A stretch of 64,000 bases of DNA, taken from NCBI GenBank assembly GCA_002245135.1, contig NGBS01000306.1:1-64000 (forward strand), in the 5' to 3' direction. Positions 1-10,577 of this stretch are shown here, piece after piece. The stretch comes from Proteromonas lacertae (Eukaryota). Under the pieces are notes generated by a model that worked only from the letters and a program-made list of their open reading frames with translations, was not told where the DNA came from and did not search any database. How positions within the stretch are numbered: position 1 is the first letter of the stretch; the number at the start of each line of letters is the position of its first letter. Both the position numbers and the translations under genes were made by a program.

Positions 1-1
1 T

Positions 2-817
2 TTTGAATCATGGTTTTATCAAGGTCTTAAACATGTTAATGAAAATGCTAGATTTGTAGGTTCTATTTTGATGGATCAAGAATCTGGTGTAATATATGGT
101 AATAAGTTTTTGCAGCTATTTAATAAAAATAATATTAGATTTATAATGAAAGATACTGATGAACATAATATAATGAAAATATTAGATAGTGCAGTAAGAA
201 CTATTAAAAATATGTTTTATAGATACTTGAATACTTTTGATGATAAAGAAATTGAAAAGTTAAATAATCTTAATGGTCTAATTGAAATAGTTAACACTAT
301 AGTATTATATTATAATTCAAAACCACATAGTTCACTTAATAATTATACACCAAATGAAGTACATGATGATTTTGAATTACAAGATTTGTTTTATAAAGAA
401 TCAAGACAAAGAAATAAAGAACGAAGATTAAAAGATACTAAATTTGATAGAAATGAATATGTTAGAGTTAAAGAGAGAAGAAGAAATAAGTTAGATAAAA
501 GTAGATATTTTAGTGATAAAGTTTATATGATTGATAAAAAAACACCTTTTTCTTACTCATTAAAGAATATAGATGGATCAATTCCTTCTGAATTTAATCC
601 TAAAAACCTTGGTTTATTTAAATTTAAACCATATGAATTAAGAAAAATTAAAAATGTTATTAAAACAAAGGGTAGATTTAGGTTAAGTGCAATAAAAAGC
701 ATAAATTCAAACAAAAATGATAATGATAAAAATGATAAAGTAACATATATTGCACCTAAAAATATAAGAAAGAGTTCTTTTGGTAGAACTATAAGACCTA
801 ATTCAAAATATACATAA
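2..817 (+). CDS. Retroviral-like (rve) integrase, Polinton/Maverick type, 5'-truncated by the window edge
   Basis: Frame +2 is open from base 2 (FESWFYQGLKH...). It contains ILMDQESG (2nd Asp), HNIMKILDSAVRTIK (helix carrying the 3rd acidic residue), YYNSKPHSSLNNYTPNEV and an SH3-like tail FDRNEYVRVK...YFSDKVYMI...YSLKN. Confidence 0.85.
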   Translation, partial: FESWFYQGLKHVNENARFVGSILMDQESGVIYGNKFLQLFNKNNIRFIMKDTDEHNIMKILDSAVRTIKNMFYRYLNTFDDKEIEKLNNLNGLIEIVNTIVLYYNSKPHSSLNNYTPNEVHDDFELQDLFYKESRQRNKERRLKDTKFDRNEYVRVKERRRNKLDKSRYFSDKVYMIDKKTPFSYSLKNIDGSIPSEFNPKNLGLFKFKPYELRKIKNVIKTKGRFRLSAIKSINSNKNDNDKNDKVTYIAPKNIRKSSFGRTIRPNSKYT

Positions 818-976
818 AATAAAAAATTAAACTAACTATATTATTTAATATTTTGATTTTATTAAAATAAGCTTGAAATCATCAAACATTTCATTAAAAA
901 ACGGTTTCTTTCGATTTTGAAATCATTTTTTATTTTCGACTTTCTCAACACCTTATTCAATATTTCTTTTTAAAAA

Positions 977-3218
977 ATGAGTGTACGTGTTAAACATACT
1001 TCACCTAGAGATAATGAAGATAATTCTTCATCAAAGACATTAAAAGTTGTTAAGAAGAGTATATAAATACATCATTAAATATATATATAGATGAAAAGAA
1101 GATTCAGCAAAATGAAGAAGCATTAGCACTACCTTCATCATCGAATTCTAATCAAAAAGCAGGTATCTATATATATATTATATTATATTATATTATATTA
1201 TATATACATAGCTTTTGTGCATAGATTTAACAGAAAAAGCATTAACAGCTTAGATGTCAAAGAATGGATTAAAATTAGAAGTATTTCACAAAACATTATA
1301 AATTATTGTGATGATAAAATCAAATATATTCATTATAATAACAGTCCAAGTTTATTATCCTTATCATCAGTAATTAGATTTGCTAGTTCATTAAATTTAT
1401 TCTTTGATGCAGTTGAAAAGAATCCTCAATACATAAATGGTGAGGTACTAAAAGATATTGATGAAGTCTTATTAATTAGCCCATATTCTCTAGGTGACAA
1501 TTTTACAACTGATAGTAAGTTATTAGGTGGTGTGAAAAGAAAAGCTAATATTGATGATGATGATGAAGATGATGATGGATGTATTAAACGCAGTTAAAGA
1601 TGTAGAAAACTAACACCTAAATCAAATATTGGTGGTGAAAGCATTAAAGTGCATAAAATAAATACTACTATCAAAAAGCCTTTAAAGTCTGAGAAGAATT
1701 TAGTTGATGATGCATTAAAAAATAAGGATACTGATTGGATTAATGATAATGATGTTTTTGAAGATGTTGATGATGATAATGAAGTTATCAAAATTAATGT
1801 ATCAAAACCAAAGGTAAATATAAAAAAAGATAAAATTACACCAGTAGCTAAAGTTATTACTGATGAAACTAAAATTACACCACCAACTAAAGTTATTATT
1901 GATGAAACTAAAATTACACCACCAGCTAAAGTTATTACTGATGAAACTAAAATTACACCACCAGCTAAAGTTATTACTGATGAAACTAAAATTACACCAG
2001 TAGCTAAAGTTATTACTGATGAAACTAAAATTACACCACCAGCTAAAGTTATTATTGATGAAACTAAAATTACACCACCAGCTAAAGTTATTACTGATGA
2101 AACTAAAATTACACCAGTAGCTAAAGTTATTACTGATGAAACTAAAATTACACCACCAGCTAAAGTTATTACTGATGAAACTAAAATTACACCAGTAGCT
2201 AAAGTTATTACTGATGAAACTAAAATTACACCACCAGCTAAAGTTATTACTGATGAAACTAAAATTACACCACCAGCTAAAGTTATTACTGATGAAACTA
2301 AAATTACACCACCAGCTAAAGTTATTACTGATGAAACTAAAATTACACCACCAGCTAAAGTTATTACTGATGAAACTAAAATTACACCACCAGCTAAAGT
2401 TATTACTGATGAAACTAAAATTACACCAGTAGCTAAAGTTATTACTGATGAAACTAAAATTACACCAGCAGCTAAAGTTATTACTGATGAAACTAAAATT
2501 ACACCACCAGCTAAAGTTATTACTGATGAAACTAAAATTACACCACCAGCTAAAGTTATTACTGATGAAACTAAAATTACACCAGCTAGCTAAAGTTATT
2601 ACTGATGAAACTAAAATTACACCACCAGCTAAAGTTATTACTGATGAAACTAAAATTACAACACAAGCTAAAGTTGTTACTGATGAAACTAAAATTACAA
2701 CACAAGCTAAAGTTATTATCAACAAAGATATATTAAAGGAAATGGAAGACAATATTAACAATGATAAAGATTATTATTACAGCAAGCATAATTGGGCTAA
2801 TCCAAAAAAAATTATACAACCAACACTTAAACCGATATTACCTAAAGTGAATTATGAAATTGCTGAACCACCACCAATAGTTCATGAAAAACCAATTGTT
2901 AAAGAAATAGCACCACCATTACCACCTAAACCTTTAGTTAAGATTGCACCTAAACCTTATGGTACAATCATTAAAGACAATACTCCACCAGTTAAAGTTA
3001 CTCCTCAAGATCAGTATGATGTCTTTAAAAAGAAGGTTGAATATCAAAATGAATTAGAAAAACAAATTGCTTCATTGAAAATGGCATATGTGCAAAAGTT
3101 AAGAGATGAAAACCCTAATCTCAAGTTTGATGATGATGGTAATATTGTTGATGTTGATATTGATAATGATATTGATTTCAGTCCAGATGAAAGTATATTT
3201 GATGACTTTCTTAAATAA
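977..3218 (+). CDS. Intron-containing orphan protein with about 23 x 13-aa repeats (KITPPAKVITDET), a Pro/Lys-rich region and an acidic C-terminus; interrupted by three single-base indels
   Basis: ATG at 977; GT-AG introns 1059-1090 and 1163-1211 join in frame to ORF 1217-1597. ORFs 1217 and 1649 share a frame. A +1 indel near 1578 and a -1 indel near 1609 would restore DDDVLNAVKDVEKLTPK, and an extra C at 2586 shifts the frame into ORF 2448-3218. Confidence 0.65.
1832..2720 (+). repeat. 39-bp coding tandem repeat, about 23 copies
   Basis: Unit AAAATTACACCACCAGCTAAAGTTATTACTGATGAAACT repeated head-to-tail with few variants (CCA/GTA/GCA; ACT/ATT; terminal ACACAA). Confidence 0.98.
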
Positions 3219-3385
3219 AAAAAAAGTAATTAAAATACTTACTTCTATTTTGCTAAGTTTTACCTTATCTTTATATTTAAAAGGTAGTCTTTAAAAAATT
3301 GAATTATTATTTTTGTTTTTTATTTGGGAAAGATATATACATACATATTCATCTATTACATTATAAAATATAACATATATAATAA

Positions 3386-3721
3386 TTAATTATTTTTCTT
3401 CTCATTCATATCTAAACTTATATCATCTAGTGATCTATTTGAATGAATTCTTGATACTTTTGGTGATGGTAGAGGCACTGTTCTTGACATAAATGTAGTC
3501 ATAGGAACTGATGTACTTGGTGTTACTGGTTCATCTAATATTCTTGATATATCTTCTGGGCAATGTCTTCGATATAAATAAACACCTATTTGTTTGATTT
3601 TATTTAATAACCATAAACCTAACAAAAATAATACTATATACATCTCATTTTTAAGTGAATCAACTGTACTTGATACATCTTTCAATGAATTCAATATAGA
3701 TGTATTTGATGATTGATTCAT
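3386..3721 (-). CDS. Small single-pass membrane protein of unknown function (element cargo)
   Basis: MNQSSNTS... with hydrophobic segment MYIVLFLLGLWLL followed by a basic and Ser/Pro-rich tail; the likely ATG is at 3721. Confidence 0.55.
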   Translation of the reverse strand: MNQSSNTSILNSLKDVSSTVDSLKNEMYIVLFLLGLWLLNKIKQIGVYLYRRHCPEDISRILDEPVTPSTSVPMTTFMSRTVPLPSPKVSRIHSNRSLDDISLDMNEKKNN

Positions 3722-3819
3722 TATATATATATATAAATACACTTAAAAACTCTATTATATATTAAGAAAAACCCAAATAAAAATAATGATTCAATATATA
3801 TATATATATTTAACAATTT

Positions 3820-4278
3820 TTATAATTGTATTTTATTAAGTTTATGAATGTAATGTCTCATGCATTTCTTGCATCTATTATTGCTATGTATTTTAAAAGC
3901 AGGTTTCATTTTTCTGCATATAAAACATCTTATTTTATCATCATCTTTTCTATGATTAATTTTAGCCGAATATTTAGTTAAATTTTTATAGTATTTAAAT
4001 AAGAATTTAAAACACACTTTACATAATGTAATTTCTTTTGATCTATACTTATTTTTAAAGAAACGAGCACAATAACGACATTTAAATTTATCATCACCAT
4101 CAACAAATATACTTCTAAGTTCATTCATTTTTTTGCTTCTATATATTGTCTGATAACATCTATTATATTCTTTACATTGATTGCATAATGATGAAATTTT
4201 ACCTCTTTCACCCATAAATTCATTTATAGGTTTAATATGTTTACATCGATTGCAATACTTTTCTTCACTTGAATCCAT
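3820..4278 (-). CDS. Cys-rich basic zinc-finger protein with three tandem CxxC...CxxC modules
   Basis: KYCNRCKHIKPINEF...CNQC; CRYC...CKVC; CFIC...CKKC. The ATG at 4278 follows an A-rich context. Confidence 0.7.
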   Translation of the reverse strand: MDSSEEKYCNRCKHIKPINEFMGERGKISSLCNQCKEYNRCYQTIYRSKKMNELRSIFVDGDDKFKCRYCARFFKNKYRSKEITLCKVCFKFLFKYYKNLTKYSAKINHRKDDDKIRCFICRKMKPAFKIHSNNRCKKCMRHYIHKLNKIQL

Positions 4279-4363
4279 TTTTCTTTTTTTAAAAAAAGAA
4301 AAAATAATGTAAAGAAAATTTATAATGAAAATCTTATCGAAAATTATAGTGTTGAAAAACACT

Positions 4364-4430
4364 TGTTATTTTCGTTTTATTTTATTGGTTTATGTTATTT
4401 TCGTTTTATTTTATTGGTTTATGTTATTTT
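4364..4430. repeat. 29-bp direct repeat (2 copies plus a partial) upstream of the zinc-finger gene
   Basis: TGTTATTTTCGTTTTATTTTATTGGTTTA x2; each copy reads CCAAT on the minus strand. Confidence 0.85.
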
Positions 4431-4522
4431 TATTTATTTTATATAGAAAAAAAAAGAAATAACAAAAAACAATTCAATCAATAGTAATAAGTGTTAATTA
4501 TAACATTACTATATTTTTCTAA

Positions 4523-5346
4523 TTAGTTTTTATCTTTTAATACCTTCTTAGTGATACTCTTTAACACTTTAGGATTTAATCTGTGCTTCTTCATCATTTT
4601 TTCTTCTAACTCTTGTTTTTTGAACATTGTATCATAATAACGCTGGAGGTCCATAGCTAGTGACATGTCACTAGCAACTTTGAAATTGAGCTCTTCTCTT
4701 TCTGCCTTGGCTCTTCTTCTACCATCTCTGATCCTTTTACCTACTAAGCTTTCATTACGCAGCTTTTTGATTTCTTCGTAGGTTAAGGTATCAGATGAAG
4801 ATGGTGGTGGTGGTACTGGTGAATATCTATAAATAATAAATATATATATATATATAAAGTATACATTGATTCACGATGTTCATCACCTACCGTTAAATTG
4901 ATTAAATCATTAACATGATCAGGTGGTGTTGTTGGTGAATAACTATAAATAAATATATATATATATATATAAATAATATAAAATATACATTGGCGATTTT
5001 TCTTCTACTTTTGGAGGTTCATCATTAGGATTATCGATTTTGATATATAATCGATATGGATTAAATGGATTAAAAGGACGACCTGTTACTGGTGCAGCTA
5101 ATAAAATTATATATATATATATATATATCAGAGTAATAAATTAATACTGATTCTACGTCTTTTAATACTTTTAGACTGATCCATTAATGCACATTTGGTA
5201 CATATATCCCTAACTTTATGATTAGGTATGCTACTGATGTTTTTTAAGTGATTTTCAAAGTCTTTATCACTTTGAGTACTATCACTATCATTATCACTAT
5301 CACTATCACTATCAGTGTCTGATAAATATATCACTTGATGACTCAT
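4523..5346 (-). CDS. Four-exon orphan gene (acidic DS-rich N-terminus, Pro-rich middle, basic/coiled-coil C-terminus)
   Basis: Three GT-AG introns rich in (TA)n (about 5099-5147, 4944-4989, 4828-4864) join MSHQVIYLSDTDSD..., ...APVTGRPFNPFNPY..., ...YSPTTPPDH... and ...YSPVPPPSSSDTLTYEEIKKLR...KVLKDKN* in frame. Confidence 0.7.
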
Positions 5347-5389
5347 TATTTTTTAAAATTAATTTTTTTTATGAAAATGTCAGGAAAAT

Positions 5390-5700
5390 GGTGAATGAAC
5401 TCTAGATGCAAAATCATTTATGTATCAAAATTATTATATTATTTAATGAATCATGATTCATTTGAGAATTTCTTGATGTTTTTGATGTATCTTTTATTAT
5501 TAACAAAAATATAAAAAAATATTAAAAAATATGTATATTAATCATCTCTACAGATTTATAGTGAGATGAATCAATTATAGAGTTTTTAGAATTTTTTAGT
5601 GAATCTCTAGATTTTAGTGAACCTCTAGATGTAGTGAGCTGTTCTACTCCGCCAGGGTAGTCATCTCTACAGAAAACCTTACGGATGATATATATAGAAT
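5390..5700. repeat. Putative element terminus/subterminal repeats
   Basis: Repeated GTGAA(T/C)CTCTAGAT-like motif (about 5391, 5599, 5617), TCATCTCTACAGA twice (about 5543 and 5661), a short GC-rich core (CTACTCCGCCAGGGTAG) and a (TA)n tail. Confidence 0.45.
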
Positions 5701-5826
5701 GATTTAAAAATTGGATAGTTTAATCGATTAAAATTGACTACAAATCAGCAAAATTGTTTACAAAATTAGTAAAATTGTTTACAAAATGTAACTAAAAACA
5801 TTGATTTTACTGTAAATTGTTTATTT

Positions 5827-6315
5827 TTAAACTAGACATGGTTTTTCTTTTCCTCTATTATATATTATTCCAATCACTAATCTGGAAGTAGAACTTGAGA
5901 TTGAATATATTCTTTCATCTAACCCTATTGTCATAGTACTAGTCCTTGTTCTGCTGTCCCATATCTTAGCTTGTTTATCCCATCCACCATATTGATGGTA
6001 CATATTTAATTACTTTTATTGCTTCATCATGTGAACCAAGATCCATTGATTGATTGGTTATTATATCATAACTATAAAATGGATACATAAGTAGATAATA
6101 CCATTTAACTATTCTTTCCATTCCTCCGCTATAAATATGTTCTAAATCAGCAAAACAACAATCAAATACTGGTCCAGTATGCATTGTCTGCACTTTCATA
6201 ACTCTCTGTGCAACATCATATAGGTAAACTGACTATATGAATAAAACAATAAGATGAATACATTATCCCATGATGATACTGCCAAAAAATCAAATATATG
6301 TGAAGTATACTTCAT
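5827..6315 (-). pseudogene. BUB3: BUB3/RAE1-family WD40 gene fragment
   Basis: LAVSSWDN|SVYLYDV...GPVFDCCFAD..IYSGG..|YDI...LGSHDEAIKVIKY...GWDKQAKIWDSR...RIYS...RLVIG. Two introns are retained, but there is an internal deletion/frameshift, the N-terminus is missing and the C-terminal half is absent. Confidence 0.75.
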
Positions 6316-6436
6316 ATTTTTATGGGTTTTGTTTAATATTATGATATTTTTAATAAAAGTAATAAATCTACATTTTTCATATTGGCTGTGAATAACTAAA
6401 ATCATTCTGTCTATATGTATTAGTTGTAGAATCAAA

Positions 6437-9400
6437 CTAAATATCATTATAATTAGAAGATGGTGGAAGATAGTATGATTGTTGTTGTTGTGGTGGTGAT
6501 GATGATAATTGAAAGCGTTTTCTTTTTGATGGTAGCTGTTCATCACTATTATCACTACGTTTTCTCTTCTTTTTCTCTACTTCATATCCTCTTTTTCTAT
6601 TTTTCACACATTTTAAAGCAAAATCCTTTCCATACACTTCTTGATTGAATTCTGATAGATAATACTGCAAATCAAACTTACCACTCACATTATGTATATT
6701 TGAGTTATAAACCTTAAACTTTGTTTCAGTTTTTGATGAATAAATATTCTCTATATCCATTATTCCATTGAAGTGTGATATGAACTTTTTATCTGCTTTT
6801 GATTGCTGAGTAGTTTTACCTTTGGAAGAAACAAATATATAATAATAATATAGCCATTCCATTTTCATTGCTAACTGTAGAATACATTCATCAATTATCT
6901 TATTATATCCTCTATCTATTATAGCATTATATTCTTTTATTCCATCATCATTAATTACATGAATAAAACAGTTATTCATGAAGTAAATATACTCCTTTCA
7001 TTTTAGTAGAATATATATCTACATTGAATAATTCTTTAAAATTTTCAAAATTCTTCTCATCAACAATTGTTTCTATTATTCTATTATTTTTAAATTTTAA
7101 TTTTTCTTCATTATATAAGCAGTTGTAAAAAACTAGTTCTTTAAATAATAAATGAAATAATTGATGATCTTTTTTATTAAAAATATTCACAAATATTCTT
7201 TGAATTTCTTTAATATCATTTGGCTGTGCTGTATGTTTAATACTATAGAATATAAAATCAACTACCTCATATCACTTTTAGAAAGGTTATATGAATCTGA
7301 TATATAAGATTTAAAAGAATAATCTGATTCACATATTTTTTCATTATCTTCTAATTGATATTTATTGTAATCTTCATTTATTCCACTTTTATATATTGTC
7401 GCTCTGATTTTCAATTCACTTTTCTTTTTATTCTTTTCCTCCAATTCTATCATTTATTTATTCATTTCATTCTTCAATTCTTCGATTCTTTTATTCAATT
7501 CAATGATCATCTTCAACAAAAATTGAAGTTTATTTTCCATTCCATCATTCTCTTCTATCTTTTCTTCATTTTCTTTTTCGATCCATTCATTTAATACTTT
7601 CATTATTAAGTTACAACTTTCTTTTTTATTATCATCTAATAATGTTCTTATCTTTACTAATAATATATAATATTTTAATTCATTCCATATATCTTTATAA
7701 ACATTTCGAATATACACTTTCTTTTCAGGATATTGATATATTTCATATCCAATACTTATTGTATTATTATCATTTAGAATTACTGGTTTATCAAATATAC
7801 GACATAAAGCATTCGTTTCTATTTTTACAATATTATATTATTATAAATATACTTTTACAAGTTATACAAATATTACTTAATTTCCCTCTAATTTCTGTTA
7901 TTGAATCATATGCAGATTTTAACTTCGATGAATACTCTTTTTTAGCATCTTTAAGCAATTTAGATGAAAAATAACGAATTATTTTTTTATTATCAGTTAA
8001 TATTGATCTTACCTTTTCTTTATTTTATTCATTAATTGGGATTGGTAATTTAGATAATAATTCTTCTATATACTCTTTACTTGCTTCAACAAGCATCTTA
8101 TACAATAATTCAACTATATTATTTTCTTTAACAACATAAGGTAATCTAATTTTTAACCTTTAAACATTCTTTTCATTTTTAGTAAATAAGACATTAAATT
8201 ACTTACATCTGTTCTCTTCATTAAAAATTATAGGTAATTTAGTTAATAATAAATTATCTATGAAATGTTTAATAGAATCAAGTGGTAATTCTGATAATAA
8301 TTTATCCACATATTTTCTTGAAGAAAAATTTAACCCAACAAAATTTTTCAAATGTTTAACTCTAACATTTTTATTTTCGTCTAGTATTATACTATCATCT
8401 ATTCTCTTACATACATTTTGAAAGGTATTTATTATTCTTTTAAACTCAAATTCGCTATTATATTCATTTAATTCTTCATATGCAGCTTTAATTTCTTCTA
8501 ATAAACTATCATTATGTGTTTGATTAAAAACAATATCCTTCTCAAATTCATTAATCAATTTATTAATATTTTCTTCTGATGAAGTTATCTTTTTTTTAGG
8601 TTCTTTTATAAGTAAACTGGAATAATCTGTTGGTGTGAATTGTAATGTTTTACCTTGTACATTTCTTATTTCAGGAGGGGTTGTTGTTATGTATGTTTTA
8701 ACATTCAACAAATAATTTGAAGTAATTTCTAAAACAGAAAATCTAAGTCTTTTTGATTTTATAGATATGATTATATTTTCTGGTCTCGTTTTTTTTCCTT
8801 TCTCTTTTTTCTGTTTCTTTTTTGCAGGTTCATCATCTTTTTCATTTTTTTCATTTTCATCATCTTCATCTTTAATATTCCTATTATAATTTTTTCCATT
8901 TCTTTTATCATTTCTTTTGCAATGTCACTTCCATATTGTCCAAAACCAGCATCACTAACTACAAGTGGGTGAACTACTTCATCATGATCATCATATACAA
9001 CAATTACTATTTTAAAAATTGGATTACATATCTTCAACTCATTCTTTAATTGATTCTTTAATTAATCTATTGATGCATCATTACTTTGACTATATATATT
9101 ATTTAATTCTTTTTTAATTTGCTATAATAATAAAACAGTAATGACAATACAGTAACAATTTCTTCTTTCATATCTTCTTTTCCTTTTGTCCTGTCCTATA
9201 AGTTATTATATATAACATCGATTAAATAATCATCTAAATCATGCAATAACTTTCTATAATCTTCATTATATTTTCCAACTCCTTCTATTTCAGAATTCAT
9301 TTTATGTTTTACTAAATCATTTGCTTCTTCAAGATCATATATACTTAACAATTGAAGTTGATACTGTAATGAAAGAACAATATCATGTACATTTTTGTCA

Positions 9401-10200
9401 ATTACAGGAGTTTGTTTATAACTATTATCATCTCTCTTCTGTATTATTGATGAAAACGGACTATTTGGGAAATTATTTAAATAAAATAACAATATTTTAA
9501 GATTATTCTCTGATTTATTTAAGTTAAAATGTAAAGATGATTGGAACACCTTATGCAGTGTATAAATATTACTCTTCAATAATTGTATTTCATTACATAA
9601 TATTACTAATTCTTTTGGATCATTTTGTTGTTTTGTTATTTCTATTGATTTATCTATTACTAATGTTGTTAATTTGTTTTCTAGAAAAGAAATTATATCT
9701 TTCCACTCATTAATTGATTTAATGTACTGTAATTGATCAATTAATTCTTGTATTTCTTCTTTTGATATCTTTATTTGTGTTTGTAGTTCTTCTTCTAGTC
9801 TTATCAATTCATCTTGGTTGTCTTTTATTTTTTCTAATTGATTTTTGAACTGTTTATTTACATCAGTTATTATTTCTGATAATTGTCTTTCAAATCCATT
9901 TTTTTTTTCTGTAAATTATCAATTGAGGCTTGAACTACTTTATCTTCTGTTTTTGGTAATTCTCTATAAATAATATCTACTAGATTTCTAATTATAAGTA
10001 ATCTAATTTTTAATTCATCTACATCAACTTCCTCAACATTTATTTCTATTTCATTTTTGGAATTTCTATTTGTTTTTTTTACACATTGTTGTTGTTTATA
10101 TGTATTTGACTTTAATGTGTTTAATTCTTTTTGAAAATCATACAATTTATTTTTTAACATTATTCCTATATTATTCAATATGTCTTTATCCTCATCTTTT
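6437..10200 (-). pseudogene. Decayed large, apparently intron-poor ORF (about 1200 aa) with coiled-coil N-terminal half and NLS-like basic patches; family unknown
   Basis: Chain of collinear minus-strand ORFs (9870-10178, 9196-9807, 8771-9037, 8199-8711, 7454-7717, 7262-7453, 6972-7190, 6437-6979) separated by in-frame stops and frameshifts rather than by clear introns. Confidence 0.55.
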
Positions 10201-10577
10201 AATTGAAATACTCTTTATTATTGTAAAATAATAATATCATTTCATTCAAGAAATATACAAATATAAAAATATAAACAAAATCAAGAGTAAGATGGTAACT
10301 ATTGTGATAATCAGTTAATTTATACTAATATGGACATTTCTAAACATCTGATGTAGTATTTTGTTTAATTACTCATAATATCAACAAGTATCCCGCTTTT
10401 TTCTAAATTGAAAATAAGATTTGTTTCTTTATATTTCTCTTTTAAATTTAAAAGAAACAACATTTGCACATATCGAAGATGATATTATATTTAAGCTACT
10501 TCTTCTATTAACATTAGTTGCTTTTAATCAAGTTAAAAAATAGTTTGGCTTGAGTAATTCTTTTTTCTAATTTTCTA

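Larger units (their letters stand above)
1..5700. mobile_element. Right portion of a putative integrated Polinton/Maverick-like (MELD/PLV-type) dsDNA element; left part lies outside the window and the right boundary is approximate
   Basis: Stand-alone retroviral-type integrase with no adjacent LTR downstream; followed by orphan genes, a CxxC zinc-finger ORF and a repeat-rich, locally GC-richer segment at 5390-5700. No pPolB, capsid or ATPase is visible in the window. Confidence 0.6.

Noticed and set aside
1832..2720. CRISPR-like array
   Set aside because: Units are contiguous with no unique spacers, encode an in-frame peptide repeat, and the context is eukaryotic with no cas genes.
1802..2761. 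Alternative-frame ORFs in the repeat (WWCNFSFISNNFS on minus; MKLKLHHQLKLLL on plus)
   Set aside because: By-products of a 3n repeat unit that lacks stops in those frames.
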